A stretch of 60,490 nucleotides of DNA, filler included, from Gonapodya sp. JEL0774 (Eukaryota): assembly GCA_027604505.1 (NCBI GenBank). It is 5 parts of 5 records of this genome, joined end to end, with 100 filler letters (N's around TTAATTAATTAA, not from the genome) between each part and the next. Parts side by side here need not be neighbours in the genome. Positions count along the whole stretch, not along the records: positions 12,179 to 24,243 come from JADIIX010000349.1; positions 24,344 to 36,349 come from JADIIX010000351.1; 3 more parts are not named here. One strand, given 5' to 3'. Below the pieces are notes generated by a model that was not told the origin of the DNA, searched no databases, and worked only from the letters and a program-made list of their open reading frames with translations. Positions 24,167 to 36,449 of the stretch are shown piece by piece (within the stretch, counting starts at the first letter, position 1; each line of letters opens with the position of its first letter). The position numbers were made by a program, and so were the translations under genes.

Positions 24167-24184
24167 TTAGGGTTAGGGTTAGGG
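24167..24184 (+). repeat. (TTAGGG)3 telomere-like tract near the contig end
   Basis: Three perfect copies about 60 nt from the linker. Confidence 0.7.
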
Positions 24185-24243
24185 TGCATACATGACTAGG
24201 GTGTGGGGTGGCGGGTGGGTCGGAAGTTCGGATGCATCCGTCT

Positions 24244-24343
24244 NNNNNNNNNNNNNNNNNNNNNNNNNNNNNNNNNNNNNNNNNNNNTTAATTAATTAAN
24301 NNNNNNNNNNNNNNNNNNNNNNNNNNNNNNNNNNNNNNNNNNN
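24244..24343. other. Artificial contig linker
   Basis: N run + TTAATTAATTAA + N run. Confidence 0.98.
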
Positions 24344-27293
24344 CACTCGAGCTCGCCCCGCACCCCCCGAAACGCTGACTCACCCAATTCCACCTCATAA
24401 CTCGTCTGCTCGTCCAAACAGCTGGAGAACTGGATCACGTGGCCCCCGCACACTCTTCCCATGAGCCCGTCTCTGGCCTTCTCGCCAATGGTCACTTGGA
24501 AGGCCGGTTTTTCCTTGCCGGATGTGGATCGCTTCAACGAGGGGGATCTCTGCACACCAGGGCGTTCCTTCCCCGACGCCGACCTCTGCAAGTCCGCACC
24601 AGATGCCCTTTTCCCAGACGCCGACCTCTGCACGTCCGCACCAGATGGTTTTTTACCAGACGCCGACCTCTGCACGTCCGCACCAGATGCCCTTTTCCCA
24701 GACGCCGACCTTTGCAAGTCCGCACCAGATGCCTTTTTCCCAGACGCCGATCTCTGCAAGCCGGCACCAGATTGCTCGCTCCCGGACGCACCAGATGGCT
24801 CCTTCCCCGACGCCGACCTTTGCAAACCCGCACCAGACGCCTTTTTCCCAGAAGCCGACCTCTGCATACCCGCACCAGATCGCTCTTTCCCCGACGCCGA
24901 CCTCTGCACAGTCACACCACCCGTGGGATCCCTACTCGACCCGGCCCTGTGCACATCCACACCCAGTTGATCCTTCACCGATGCCGATCGGAAACTGGAA
25001 CCGGAACTCGAACTCGACCCCATGGTCGACGCCCTCGGCCTCGTCTTGGGCCGAATCTGTGCCTGCTCCTGCTCCTGCTCCTGCCCCTGCACCGGGCCCG
25101 TGGCCCTGCCCCGGCGCCTGCCCCTGCCCCTGCCCCTGCCCCTGCCCCTGCCCCTGCCCCTGCCCCTGCCCCTGCCCCGGCCCCTGCCCCTGCTCCTGCT
25201 CCTGCTCCTGTGTCGACGACAACGCCGGCGGCGCGGTGGCGGTGGCCAACCGCGGAGGAGTTGGGATGTCCGCGACGGTGACCGCGACCGAGGGCACGGA
25301 GGCGACCCGGGTGACGCCCAGGGACTCGGGAAGGAAGCCGTCGGGGAGACGCTTTTCGGTGATGTTCCCTTTCTGAGTAAAACAAACAGGGTGGGTGGCA
25401 AGAACGGTACAGGAACCGGTGCCCGCGTGGGTGGCGCGTTGGGGGGATGTGGATTGTGGGGGGTTAATGTGCAGGGCAGGTTACAAAACGCGTTCCATCA
25501 AACAACCACACCCTATTCCCCATTTTCCCGTTTTCCCCACCCCCAACCCCCCCCCCCCTCCTACCCACCACCAAATGGCTTCTGAACAACATCCCCGAGT
25601 GGTTTCTGACCGCCACTTCGAGCTTGCCCCCTTCGAGGACGCGGGATGGCGTGTAGGTCATGGGGAGGTCCATGATGGTGCCGCTGGGGGGGTGAGGGTA
25701 TGAGAGTGGTGGGGGTGGGGGTGGGGTCGGGTTGAGTATGTACGATGGGAAGGGGGAATGAGGAAAAAAGGGAAAAGGGGAGCCGCCCGGTGAAGGGGGA
25801 TCAGCCAGCCCAGCCCGACGGTCGGGTCGATGGACCGCAGGAGACCGCCGCACACATCATAAGAAATCGATCGAGTCGATTCCACCCAGTGATGGGTAGA
25901 ACCACCCCCCCCCCCCCTCCCCCCCGGACGGCAGTATTGTGCCGTCACGTCCGCGTCGCGTTCGGGTGGGGCCCGCAGTAGTTCGCTGTTTCGCCACACG
26001 ACCCCGGAATGGCCGACAGACACCGCAAACCACTTGGAAGCCCGAAACCATCACCATCCCAAATCCCGAGAACNNNNNNNNNNCCCCCCCCCCCCCCCCC
26101 CCACCCTCCCCCCGAAAAAACAAACCCCCCCACACCACACTCACGAGTGACACGTGTCGAAAAACGCCGTGAGCTGGGCACCGGCCGGGACGTATTTCAC
26201 TAAGTAGAGAGTGTAAAGTAGGTAGGTAGGTGGTGTGTGTGTGTGGAGGGTAGAGAGGGCGTGCGTGCGGCATGGGGGAGGTGGAGGGTGGTGGAGCGAT
26301 GTTGGTGTGGTTGGTGAGCACTGAGCAGCGAGTGCGTCCCGAACAGCCTGGCCGACCCACCCAAATCCCTATACACCTCGTCGTCCACGTACACCTGGTT
26401 GTCCGCGGTCTCGATGGCCTGGTCTTGCTTGGACAGTTCGTCGTAGTCGAGGTCGGGGACGGTGCGGGAGTGGCCTGGTGGGGGGGTGGGAGGGGGAGGG
26501 GCCGCGCACCGGGTGGGACGGAGAGAGGTGAAAGGTGAAAATTGAAAACGACAAAGAGATGCGAAACGAAACCAAAAAAAAAAAAAAAAAAAAGAGGAAC
26601 GAAGAAAAGACACCAAAAAAATTCCACCCCAACCACACACACACACACACACCCCTTCCCCCGCCCACCACCACCACCACCACCACCACTCCTACCAAAC
26701 CCACCGCTGAAATAAAACACCATGGAACTCCCCACACCTGCACCGTTGAGGAGCCATTTGAACCCCTCCCTGATGTTGTCTCGGGTGGCGAGACGGTCTT
26801 TGGGGGTGCCGGAAATGTCGGTGAGGTGGCGGATGGACTATGGGTGGGTGGGCGGGGTGGTGTGGGGGGGCGGGGCGGGGGGGGAAGGGGTGGAAAGGTG
26901 TGGTGAGGTGGCGGAAAGGACCGGCGGCGGGATCACAACACGGGACAAGCGACGGGGCACACGAATGAGCACCACCGTACCACCGTACCACCATACCACC
27001 ACCGCCACCCTGCCACCATCCACCGTCTACACAATCACACAATCACCCGATCCCCTCTCCACCCCCTCCCCACCACCCTGGCACCATCCACCGTCCACCG
27101 TCCACACAATCACCCGATCCCCTCTCCACCCCCTCCCCCCCAGAAACCCACCTCCTCCTCCACGTCGTAGTTCTCCCTGAGCCAGGCGATGAATGCCGCG
27201 GCGTCGGAGGGGGGCGCTAAGTGGAGGGTGGAGCGATGTTGGTGAGCAGAGTGTGTCCCGAACAGCCTATCCAACTCGAACACGATGTATAAA

Positions 27294-27326
<33 letters not shown>

Positions 27327-28453
27327 ATATCTGCAGGGTCGTTCGCCTCCCTCCGGCGGATGGCACTTGTCTTGGACCGCACGTCCTGCGGACTCCCTCC
27401 CTTCCTCCCTTGGGTCCGGGACGTCCCTGCCCTCGGGTCCCTTGCTGTTCGTCGTGCACATATGTACTCACACCTCAAATACCTGGCGCCGCCCTCGTTC
27501 CAATAGGTGATGCTGACGACGAGGGCCTTGAAGGAACCGGCGCCTTGGAGGGACCCGTTGCGGAGGGAGGGGCGTTTCGGGCCCATTTCGGGAGGTTGAG
27601 GGGTGGGTGAGGGTGCGGGTGAGGGTGAGGGTGAGGGAGCGATGGAGTTTGAGTTTGAGTGGCCGAGGGAGTCCGAGTCATTGAGGGAGAGAGAGTCCGA
27701 GTCCTTGAGGAGGGAGATCCCATGGGTGGATGAGAGAGAGCGAGAGAGGGAGTCGGGATGGGAGTTGTTGGAGTTGTGGGAGTTGTGGTGTTGGTTGGGC
27801 GAAAAGACGTCGACGGTCTCGATGAGGCCCTGATCAAGGTAGATTTGGGCTTGAGGGTTGCGGTCCGAGTTAGAGGGAGCGTAGAGGGAGATGCGGCGGG
27901 AAGAGGCGAAGGAGGAGTCTGATGCGGTGGAGAGGGAAGAGGAAGAGCGGAGGAGTGGTGGAGGGGAGAGTGGGGAATGGGGGGAGGGGGAGAGGGGTAA
28001 AGGGGAGATGGGGGAGAGAGGGGGGGCAGAGAGGGGAGAGGGTGAGAGGGGAAAGAGGGGGGAGGAGGGAGAGAGAGGGGGGGGAGAGATTGGGGAGGGA
28101 GAGAGGGGGGGGGCAGAGAGGGGAGGAGGAGTTTGAGAGAGCGGGACAAGGGAGAGAGGGGATGGAGAGGGAGAGGGAGACACGTGGGCGTGGGAGGGGG
28201 AGTGGGAGGAAGAGTGGGAGGGGGAGTGGGAGGGGGAGTGGGAGGGGGAGTGGGTTGGGGTTGATTCGGTCTGGAGTTGATCAGGAATAATGGGAGAGTG
28301 TGGTTCAGCAGGGAGTGGGAGGGCAGATGCCTCTCCCGTGGAGATGGAGGTGGAGGTGGAGGAGGAGGAGGAGGAGTTGCCGTGTGTCCCCATCCCCATG
28401 ACAGCACCGTGTCTGTTCTCAAACAGCCCCACAAACGACGTCCACACGTCCAT
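24344..28453 (-). CDS. Metacaspase (C14) with Pro/Ser-rich prodomain and repeat-rich inter-subunit linker; 3' truncated by the contig end
   Basis: Exons give FKALVVSITY, SDAAAFIAWL, ATRDNIREGFKWL, VFYFS|GHSRTVPDLDYDE...VDDEVY (catalytic His 26470-26472), LTAFFDTCHS|GTIMDLPMTY (catalytic Cys 26150-26152) and the p10 motif VIQFSSCLDEQTS. Confidence 0.85.
24560..24910 (-). repeat. Coding tandem repeat, about 42-bp unit, eight QRSASGK copies
   Basis: GACGCCGACCTCTGCA-type units on the plus strand, translating to xQRSASGKxxSGAx on the minus strand. Confidence 0.9.
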
Positions 28454-31431
28454 TTTGTTTTGTCCTTTGTTGCTTGTTGTTTCTGTTTCTGTTTCTGTTC
28501 GGTTCTTGGTCGCGATGTCGCTTTCGGCTCCGTCGGACGTGTTGCTGTGCTGTGGAAGACTCTGCCCCGCTGCCCACTGTGACTGTGCCCTGCCTGCGCC
28601 CCACTCAGCTCAATCAGCAAGCCCAACTCACGCCCACCGCAGCATCAATCAGCCACAGCTCCCCCCATTTCCTCTTATGCAGCAACAAGCCCTCTCACTT
28701 TGTTCCCATCATACGGAAAAATTGAACCTGTCAGAGTTCCTCAGTACATTTGTTTGTGGGAATCGGTGCAGATGGGAGTCGCATTGAGGCTTGAGCAATA
28801 ATAATTATACTTGTTTCGATTTGTTCATCATGATCATGGTGTGAACTGTGACGTGAGAGGTTCCACTGGATCAGATACTTGTAGATTCCATTGTTGCCCT
28901 GTACCGTACCGGAACAGATCATGATGACTATACCACACATTAGTTCTGGTGTGATTCTGCCATTCACTGAGCACAGACGGAAACGATTTCTGCCCTCCCC
29001 TGTCCTGTCGAACAGCATCTGACCTTTCTGAGCCGTCCTCTCTCTCGTCCACTCCACCAGCGCACGCTCCTCCGCCATCCTCTCAAAACACCCCTTGGCC
29101 CTGGGTCCACCTTGCCTGGCCAGGTTTGCGGGCAAGTGCGCGAGGCCGAGGGGGGGCCTCTGGTCTGGGGTGGTGGGCTTGTGTACCTGCGCACACAATG
29201 GCTCTGTGGATCCTGGCGTTGTGTGCATCCTGGGGGTTTGGGAGAGACAGAAGTGGGCTACAAAAATATTAATTATGTTGCGTGAGTACCTGCTAGATCG
29301 TGGCAAGTACTAGCAAAGTTTGAGAGATGGGCACTAGCCGTTGTTCCTCCCAATGTGACCCTCTGACACATTCAACACCGGTACGCCGCGGCTGCAAAAT
29401 GGTCAAAAAAAAGAGTCTCGAATTTGTTGCATCTGGTGTCGTGTTTACATGTATGTACCTTCCTTCACTCGCCTTTGCCCTTATTATTACCCTTTGATCC
29501 TGTTTCGCCCCTGTGTTGAGCCGTCAGCCGCCTGGCCTGAGTCCGTGTTACTGTGGGCACTCACTTTACCCGAAGCAAGAACCTGCCCCTGCCTAAGTGA
29601 AACCAACCACCTTTCACACAAACCTCGTTGGTGGGACATTTTCACGATTTTGAGACGGAAACCACAAAGCGCCACCCCCCGAGAAAAAGCAAAGCGCACA
29701 ATCAAGGAACCCCCGTCGAACAACCAAACCAATCACACACACACCACACCTACATCCCCGCACATGTCCTGGCCTCCCTTGCTCCGTGCCGGTGCAGGTG
29801 CAGGTGCCGCTGATATCGACTTGGACTCGTACTCCGCCATGTACACGTTTGGGGATTCTTGGTGGCACGAAAGCACCTCCAAAGCCGATTCCAGGTTGCC
29901 ATCATCATCGTCCTTGGCCGCTGCAAGAAACGACGATGGGATCGTTTCGGTACGTGTGGGCTTTGTTCGAGCAGCCCACCATTGTGAACAAGCAGGGAAG
30001 GCGGCCATCCTGGCGCGGTTCGTGGTGTACGCAGGGTCGTAGTACCGATGAGTCCGAGGTCCGACGAGTGATGCATCGGAACAACCCCCTCCTAGACCAC
30101 ACAGACACAGGGTTGCTTTCACTTCAGGCCGGGGCAAAGGAAGGGCACGTGGGGATGAGGTGGTGCGCTGGAAGCGCGGGGATGAGCTTGAGCTTGGCAT
30201 GTGGACCGTGTGTCCCGTTGAGCCCCCGTGCTTTACGTCTGTCTGAATCGCATCGACCCCCCTTTCAGCCACCAACCATGTTCCTCTCTGCACTCGACCT
30301 GGACCTGGACCTGGACCTTGACTTGGACCTCGAGGGGGCCCTTACCGAGGATCGCAGCACCCTGGGCGGCGCCGTCGCTGCTGACAGTAGGAACACGAAC
30401 CGTGGGCCAGACCGCACCACCACTCACGACCATGCGTACTCTGCAACGTCACCCTCGGTGTCGGCAGTACCGCAAACAGGGCCCGGGTCCGCAACGGCGG
30501 GTCAGACTGGCGGAGTGGGAAACACAACGACGAGGTAGGTTTGGTGGTCTTTAGCGTACAGGTCCAGTCCTCCTCATCTGTGGCTGGGAGGAAGGCTGGG
30601 GGCAAGTTGGAACGTGTGAAGCGGAAGAACACCGTGAGGTAAACCCCACTGAGCCGTGGAACTGAAAGAAGAAAACCACGTTAGGAGGTGCAAACTTCTC
30701 ACGGGGTGGGTGCTGAACCTATCGATGCGGAACAGCACGAATTCAGAGACTCCAAGCAGAGGTCAGCCCGGTGTCTTGAAATGCAGATAAGGTGACACTG
30801 GCGCACACGCCGCGCTCGGTCTATTTTCGAGAGTCGTTGTTTTCCTAAAGGAAAAAAAATGCCGTGGTAACTGGTCAGTCACAGATTGCAATGGTGGAGG
30901 AGGTGCACTGTGGGGGGGACGCACACATCGAGGCTTGGCAGACAGTCCGCCAGTGCGCCGCGGGAGCCGAAAAGTGACTGGGAATCGAATTTCTTGCTTT
31001 ATGTATTTTTTTCGTTTGGTCCGTGTTTCTGCTTCGTCATATGGTGCAGCCTAGGAAACATGTGGTCTCAACAACTGATGTTTCACTTTCACTCACCCTC
31101 TCCGTGAAAAGTGCGACCCAACACCCCGACCGACAAACGTCCCCATTTCCGTTTTCTTTTTCACCTCACTTGCAAAACCAAAGCAACCCTTTTCTCCAAA
31201 GTCGTTCCGACCCCACAACAACCTCGTCACACGTGCTCTATCACCCCGCCCTGGTACATTCAACCACAGCCACCACCACGTCCACGTCCGCACTCTCCGA
31301 TACCACGCTCGACGTGAGCGTGAGTGTTGGTGACGGAGTAGGGTTCCTCGTGGATGTGGGGATGGGGACGGATGGTGGTGAGGCCGAGGAAGGGTACGGC
31401 TTCGATCGAGGTGTGGGAGATGATCTGAACG

Positions 31432-33038
31432 ATGCAGAGACACAATCTGCGCTCGAGGTGCGTGAGTTTGTCTGCTTTCGAATGTGCTTTATCTACCCCA
31501 CTACATTTCTCAAAATATTTATTGTCACGCGGGACCACCCCCAAATCGTTCCTGTTGCGACAGCAACTCACCAAACTTGTTATCCACCTCCAGCGCTGCG
31601 TCAATTCACTCTCCGCAACGGTAACTCACCAACACCACCGGATAGAAACTCTCGAAATGGACCGCCAAGCGACTGATGCCACGACAGCCGCCATGAGCAC
31701 GGTATCGCATCACCTCTATCCACAAACACAGGGGTATGGGTATCAGCATGCGATACCAGTACCCCTCACGATATCACCGGATGCGTTTGGTACCCGCGCA
31801 GGGGCAGCTGGAGGTGGTACTGGTGTTGTCTCTCCGGCTGCCACCCTTGCGGCAACTGTGCGGACCGCGAGTTCGATATCGAGTGCAAGTATTGGTATGC
31901 TTGAAGGACATTCGTTGGCGACGGAGCACGATAGTGAGAATGGAAACACGCACGGACTGTTTCGCGGCGATTGCTTCAAGGAAGAGCACCATGGTGCACC
32001 TGCGACAGTGGTTGGTTCGGCGGTAGAGGCGGCTGTTGTGGTGGCTGCTGCAACGTCACCAAGTGCAAAGTCTGCATCTGGAAATGCAAGTAGTGGGGAG
32101 GAAGGGGCACCGGAGAACTTCGTATCGCATGTTGGTTGTCGCGTTTCTGTTTCTTCAACGTCGGTTTGTTGATCACTCGTACGACACAAATCCCGGGACG
32201 ACCATTCAGGCATCCCGACCCTGCCCATTTGGGTGTTCCACCATCGTGACGTGCCATTCAGTCCTGCTTGTATCCCGCTCCTCCACGTCCACGTCCCGCT
32301 CGAGCACCGTACCAGGAGGTGGAGTATTCTTGGAACGGGTGATCGAAGTGTGCGCTGAAGGGGGCGGAGAAGTGAGGCAAACGGACTTTTGCGAGATGGC
32401 GAGGGTGAGTTCGGGGTGGGTTCTGTGTGTGGAACGGACGCGGATTCTCATTTCAATGATCGGTCTCGCCCAACCAATTTCAATCCTACATCCTACCGAA
32501 TATGTAATCCTCCGCCTTATGTTCCCACCACAGCACCTTCGCAACTGCCCCAACGCACCATGGACATTCTCGGCGTCTGGGGATCGCCATAGTGCCTCCA
32601 AGGCAACCTGTGATTGCGAAGATGGATCCAAGTGCGTCATGTTGAAACTCAGGAGCAATGTGTTGAGTTATTGGTGAGTTTTCGTGAGAATGGATAGCTG
32701 CCTGGGATAACTGCCTGTTGAGGTTGGATCGTGAGACCCCTTCATGGGAGGGTTTCGAGCCCCCCCAATTCGGTCTCATATGCGTGCATTCAAATTTTTT
32801 TTGTTGTCTTCCTCTTATTTTCTTTTTGCGTTTCAGTCTGCGCGCGGACCATCACCCCAATGTGAAGCATTTTATGTGCAAAGAGTGCAAGAAAGGCGGG
32901 GGATACGTGGCGCTGGCGAATTGGCAAGCGGTTGTGCGTCATTTTTGGTCAAAACATTCGAGCGACAAGCAGACAACGACGCACGGAGGCTCGAGAGCTG
33001 CGGATCGAGAATGTGAGTTGCGATACTCATGGTGTTTT

Positions 33039-33071
<33 letters not shown>

Positions 33072-33404
33072 CTTTTTAGTTTTGGCACGGTGGAGGGTTG
33101 TGTAATGCTGGGCTTATGCAGTTGGAAGCTCATATACACCGTTCGTCACTCTCATTCAGCTTCCCACGATACGAGCGGTGACAGCGTCTCTTCTAAACGC
33201 CAGCGAATGGGTGGTCTTAAGCGCAAAGGCTCACTGCGCCAATTAGAGGCTCCAGCGCACTCCCCCGACGATGAGGAAGATGCGGACGACTTTTATTTAT
33301 CAGACGAGGAAGATGAAGAAGACGTGACAGAGACCGGGACCACCGTTGGCGTTGGGAGTGATGATGAGGGTCCCAGAGCGCTAGAAGTCAGGGAGGGGTC
33401 TTGA
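31432..33404 (+). CDS. Hypothetical protein with atypical C2H2-like zinc finger, multi-exon
   Basis: HHPNVKHFMCKECKKGGGYVALANWQAVVRHFWSKH and an acidic C-terminus. Exon boundaries approximate. Confidence 0.5.
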
Positions 33405-33834
33405 AATGTCACTACGAAGCGGAAGGACAGAGGAGAAAATGGCGCACGGACAAACCCTAATATATTTGGGGGCATAAGAGTATTTCGATACCGCTCTTGA
33501 TGATGTTTTGTGAGAGATTACCAAACACAAGAATAGAGTAATCCCGTAATTCGCTTTGCGGACAAACAACATTTTGCGTGCTTGTCCCGTGGCTTGCATG
33601 GGGCTGATGTGCCTTAGTTTCAAAAAATTACAGGCGGGAAACATCGCCATCAAAGTGAAGGTTGATTGGAAAGTTTTCCTTTGTTGCAGCAAAGTGAAAA
33701 TCGTTCGTGGAACAGATTTTCGTTCAAACGGGTAATTTATATTGAACTCAGCATGCTTGAGCGGATAGCACGGTTGAAACGGTTCTCACTTAACTCCAGC
33801 TCATTAACAACTTTGCTCATAAGCTGCCACATCC

Positions 33835-35176
33835 ATGTTTGCAAACCACCCCTATCCACCTGCTGCTCCCCAATCACACTCAATGCCCATCGTTGACATT
33901 CCAACTGCTTCTCTCTCCCCGCCGATTCTCCCCCCCACCTTCCCCGGGTCGCAAGTTCCAAACGGTGCACTAAGCTCATCGCAATCGAAAAACGCATCAT
34001 TACCCCGTCTGCCACGCCTCCCAGAACTAGATATTGATATCAAACAAGACGGATACTTGGCGTGGACAAGTCCACCTCTCGACTGGCGAGATATGGGGCC
34101 TCAAAAGGTCCACCTCAGCAATGACATTAGCGTACTTCTTCACCCAATTTCCTCAATGCCGATGGACACTCGCTCTAGAAAAGGAAATGGTGGAACAGTC
34201 CTAGAAGCTTTAAACTCGTCATCATCTGATGGGAGGGGACCGCCAGCACTCAATAATGGTGCTTTCAGGGTTCGACCCATCCGCGGGGGGCGGCTAGTAA
34301 TAGTGGACGAGAACGATCGCGAGTTACGGATGGATGTGAATGGTAAATATTATCTTCATGGACAAGTGGCAGACGATGCGGAGTCTAGTGGTGAAAGCGA
34401 GCTGGAAACAAAGTTGGTGTTGAAGCGCAGATCGAGTGCAAGGAGTTTTCCGGACGGAAAGGAAGAAAAGAAACGGTGCGTAGCAATGTACCGATTTATT
34501 TTTTCCTGTGGAGTGGCGACCGATGCGTTCTCCAACATTGTCATCGTTTTCAACAAAGCAGACGAACCACCGCCCGATGCCCCATAAACGGTTGCGACGA
34601 GGAACTTCCCATTTGCCGACCACAGTCTGTCTCTTGGGATGAACAATCAAATAAACTCTATGCCGCGGAGTTTGGCAAAGTTTTGGCGCGGGACGAGACG
34701 TGTCCGTTGGTGGAGCACTTGATTCGAGTGCACGTCAAGGGGAAGGCGCAGGAACGAAAGGCAGAAAAGTGAGTGCACTATCACTCCGTGTCTTCCATTT
34801 ATTTACATTTTAGAGTGATTGTTGACCTTTTTTGCAATCCCTTACGCTCTCAGCGGAGCCACATTGTGCAAGATATTTTACTGTCCATTCCAATCATGTG
34901 GACACCAGAGCGACCGCCTCTACAATGTTCAAACCCACTTGTACAGTGAAAAACATCACGGGCTCGTCAAGCACTACACATGTCATGTGAGTTTTGCAAC
35001 GGCGAAATTTGTTGCCCATGCATCGAGGAAACTCATCACCACGGAACTACACACAGGCTTGCCAACTTCAAGGCGAGAGTGTAACGCTCTCCACTGCAGC
35101 GATTGCGAAAAGTCATTTCCAGCTGCGACATAAAAGCAGAACGACTACCCCGTCCCCCACTGCGGATTTTGCATAG
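33835..35176 (+). CDS. C2H2-like zinc finger protein, multi-exon
   Basis: FYCPFQSCGHQSDRLYNVQTHLYSEKH, then VKHYTCH|ACQLQGESVTLSTAAIAKSHFQLRH. Confidence 0.6.
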
Positions 35177-35520
35177 ATTGTTCGGCAGGGACATTCACGA
35201 GTGTAAATCTTTGAACATATTGCAACCTATACGTGAATGTACTCCCCACAATAACACAGAAAAGCTAAAAGCTGCACTCGGAGCATGCGCGATGAGACTT
35301 CTTTGTGCATGAAAGATCGTTGTTCGTGTTGGGCTGGAAACCGAACTTCTCGACCAAAGCCCACGCCTACAGCCAACCGACATCCATCCACCCCCCGACG
35401 ACGGTCAGTGTTGGCATCTGCGAGTTTAATCGATTTTGTGGATTTGTGCGAGCGTGCTGACGGGAATTCTGACGGCTCCGTGGGCGTAAAACTTTGTTGG
35501 AATCGATTTAGTGAGCAGAA

Positions 35521-36349
35521 ATGGTTCAGCGGGTGACTTACCGGAGGCGCATGTCCTACAACACAAAGTCCAATGGAAAGAGGATTTTGAAGACTCCTGG
35601 TGAGTGTGCGGTGCGGGGCCTGGTTTGCCGGCTGTCGTGGTATCATTTTCTGACCTGTTTCGTTGCCCAACTCTACTTGGAATGGGATTGGAACGACGGC
35701 GATGGACGATGATGAACTCGCGGAACAGGTGGAAAGTTGACTATTCAGTACACCTCCAAGAGGGCGAGCGCGCCCTCCTGCGGTGACTGCGGGAAGGGTC
35801 TTCCTGGGGTGAGTTCCTACCGATGGACGTGTGGACCTTGACAGACGCAGCGCGGGACTGGTGGTGCTCGGGAACGAGAATCCGCTTCGGGAAGTGGTGG
35901 ACTTCCTTCTGTCGGTTTGGAAATGATACTATGGGAGGTCGAAGCTTGCTCTACAGGGTTGGAATGTCTCACTACTGTACTCTCCGAGGATTCGACTTCT
36001 GTATTACTCTGTCGAGAACTTGCCAATCTGGAGTCTACTCTGCGTCGACCACGGTATAACTGTGCTCTCCGACAATCCCGACTTTGGACGTTTGATCGAG
36101 TCTTCATCGGAACGGCGTGGATGATGTGCAGGGCATGTGTTGTGTCTACGAGAAGCGACCGGTGCTCCCCTCTGATACTCTTACAGACATTGGAGCCTGT
36201 TTCTCATTGTGGACCACCCTTGCAACCTGTCAGATCCCCGCCCTCCGACCCGTCCAGTACTCTCGTCTTTCGAAGCGCCAAAAGACCGTTACTCGCGCTT
36301 ACGGTGGTTCGCGCTGCGCGAACTGTGTTCGGGACCGGTGAGTTGTCGG
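35521..36349 (+). CDS. RPL34: 60S ribosomal protein eL34, 3' truncated by the contig end
   Basis: Exons 35521-35599, 35729-35808 and 36234-~36337 give [18 protein letters not shown]...TPG|GKL...[45 protein letters not shown]. Confidence 0.97.
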
Positions 36350-36449
36350 NNNNNNNNNNNNNNNNNNNNNNNNNNNNNNNNNNNNNNNNNNNNTTAATTA
36401 ATTAANNNNNNNNNNNNNNNNNNNNNNNNNNNNNNNNNNNNNNNNNNNN
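36350..36449. other. Artificial contig linker
   Basis: N run + TTAATTAATTAA + N run. Confidence 0.98.

Noticed and set aside
24439..25585. Long plus-strand ORFs with PA, CP, LP or PDADLC repeats
   Set aside because: Antisense shadows of the metacaspase repeat region.
27285..27330. AT-rich (TA)n stretch
   Set aside because: Ordinary intronic microsatellite.
12998..28453. NLR/HeLo locus next to a metacaspase as one cell-death cluster
   Set aside because: They lie on different contigs separated by a linker, so the adjacency is an artefact.
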